This document shows positions 62,406 to 64,000 of a stretch of DNA of 64,000 nt, one piece after another. The position numbers were made by a program, and so were the translations under genes. This DNA comes from Nitrospirales bacterium. GTDB lineage: Bacteria > Nitrospirota > Nitrospiria > Nitrospirales > UBA8639. Where the stretch lies: NCBI GenBank assembly GCA_965203295.1, contig CBDBCZ010000013.1, positions 544,001 to 608,000 of the forward strand, written 5' to 3'. Every line of letters begins with the position of its first letter. Position 1 is the stretch's first letter. The notes under the pieces were generated by a model, which was not told the origin of the DNA, ran no database searches, and saw only the letters and a list, made by a program, of their open reading frames with translations.

Positions 62406-64000
62406 AATCTTGTACCAGAGATAGATAATACTGTGGAAACTGCACAATGGTGCTTAAGTGCCACTTTTTATCCCGTTAGCACCATGTGTCTTTCGCTGGC
62501 TATTTTCGCATCCTAAACTGTCATTAATGCACATACTTGTAGTAGATGACTCGGAGCTTTGTACTTTCGTACGTTGCAACTTGAAGAAGAGATTAACTCT
62601 TCTCATTGGGTGACACCACTTGTCAAGTGGGTGGGTGGGGAGCACCCGGAGACTGTATGCACTATATAGTCTAATTACATATGCCAGTATCCAAATTAAA
62701 AATCCATTTTACTAGTTCTTAGCTGGTCTTAGTATTGAGGCTGTAACGATGCTAAGAACTTTGCATGAGTGTTATTTTGAGCAGGTGAGGATAGAGTGTT
62801 CCTGACAGTGCTAGTTCTCCAGGGTTTGAGATGCCCTCTGACCTTTAATGAGATTAAAAGGTGAGCAGAAAAGATACCTTGCTAGCAAGTCATCTAAACC
62901 TGTATTACAGATAGCTACTAATATGGAGAGGTCTTAAATGCATTTATGTCTGAGAATTTTCACTTGCTCTTTGGAGAATTCACAATGGTGCTTAAGTGCC
63001 ACTTTTTATCCCGTTAGCACCATTGTGTCTTTGACTGGCTATTTCGCATCCTAGACTGTCAATTATGCACATACTTGTAGTAGATGACTCGGAGCTTTGT
63101 ACGTTGCAACTTGAAGAAGAGATTCACTCTTCTCATTGGGTGACACCACTTGTCAAGTAGGTGGGTGGGGAGCTCCCGGAGACTGTATGCACTCTCCACA
63201 TATAGTCTAATTACGTATGCCAGTATTCAAATTCAAAAATCCTTTTTTACTAGTTCATAGCTGGTCTTAGTATTGAGGCTGTAACAATCCTAAGAACTTT
63301 GCATGAGTGTTATTTAGAGCAGGTGAGGATAGAGTGGTCCTGACAGCGCTAGTTCTCCAGGGTTTGAGATGCCCTCTGACCTTTAATGAGATTAAAAGGT
63401 GAGCAGAGAAGATACCTTGCTAGCAAGTCATCTAAACCTGTATCACAGATAGCTACTAATATGGAGAGGTCCTAAATGCATTTATGTCTGAAAATTTTCA
63501 CTTGCTCTTTGGAGAATTCACAATGGTGCTTAAGTACCACTTTTCAACCCTTTAGCACTATGCGTCTTTCGCTGGCTATTTCCGCATCCTAGACTGTCAA
63601 TTATGCACATACTTGTAGTAGATGACTCGGAGCTTTGTACTTTCGTACGTTGCAACTTGAAGAAGAGATTAACTCTTCTTATTGGGTGACACCACTTGTC
63701 AAGTGGGTGGGTGGGGAGCACCCGGAGATTGTATGCACTCTCCACATATAGTCTAATTACGTATGCCATTATCCAAATTCAAAAATCCTTTTTTAATAGT
63801 TCTTAGCTGGTCTTAGTATTGAGGCTGTAACAATCCTAAGAACTTTGCATGAGTGTTATTTAGAGCAGGTGAGGATAGAGTGGTCCTGACAGCGCTAGTT
63901 CTCCTAGGCTTTGAGATGCCCTCTGACCTTTAATGAGATTAAAAGGTGAGCAGAAAAGATACCTTGCTAGCAAGTCATCTAAACCTGTATCACAGATAGC

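Larger units (their letters stand above)
55300..64000. repeat. Satellite array: ~540-bp monomers in a 2879-bp higher-order repeat, with diverged monomers from ~55.3 to 57.7 kb
   Basis: The landmark aatggtgcttaa recurs at ~57752, 58309, 58855, 59076, 59567, 60105, 60643, 61189, 61734, 61955, 62446, 62984 and 63522. Near-identical ORF pairs are offset by exactly 2879 (59127/62006, 59575/62454, 60651/63530). Confidence 0.95.

Noticed and set aside
59127..63769. Repeated short minus-strand ORFs (MDKTKFLG.., MLPTHPLDKW..) as a gene family
   Set aside because: They recur only because of the satellite periodicity; one is the antisense of the Penelope fragment.

Overview
Eukaryotic (animal) genomic DNA with GT-AG introns and many MITEs and tandem repeats. 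The gene families and repeat types suggest a demosponge, which is an inference. Genes: (1) the 5' end of a secreted or membrane protein running off the left edge (-); (2) a complete 10-coding-exon RIO kinase 3 (RIOK3, +, 3934-16603); (3) an intronless, signal-peptide-bearing Asp/Asn beta-hydroxylase-domain gene (-, 19045-20013); (4) an orphan exon at 21152-21288 and a recent partial RIOK3 copy at ~31717-32080, which are phase-compatible and may form a chimeric gene; (5) a 3-exon NLR (DEATH-NACHT-~28 LRR, +, 41617-46942) whose first exon ends in a perfect 2A/StopGo ribosome-skipping motif (LLIMSGDVEENPG|P) behind a hydrophobic leader, the most striking system in the window; (6) a 7-exon Kelch-repeat plus cytochrome b561 fusion gene (-, 49717-54539). 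The right end is a ~540-bp satellite organised as a 2879-bp higher-order repeat that has captured and amplified Penelope (GIY-YIG) retroelement pieces. Minimal Penelope-type hammerhead ribozymes, a tRNA-derived element, hAT/piggyBac/MULE-type MITEs and several perfect palindromes are also present. All exon models were assembled by eye from splice motifs and frame continuity; no database search was run.
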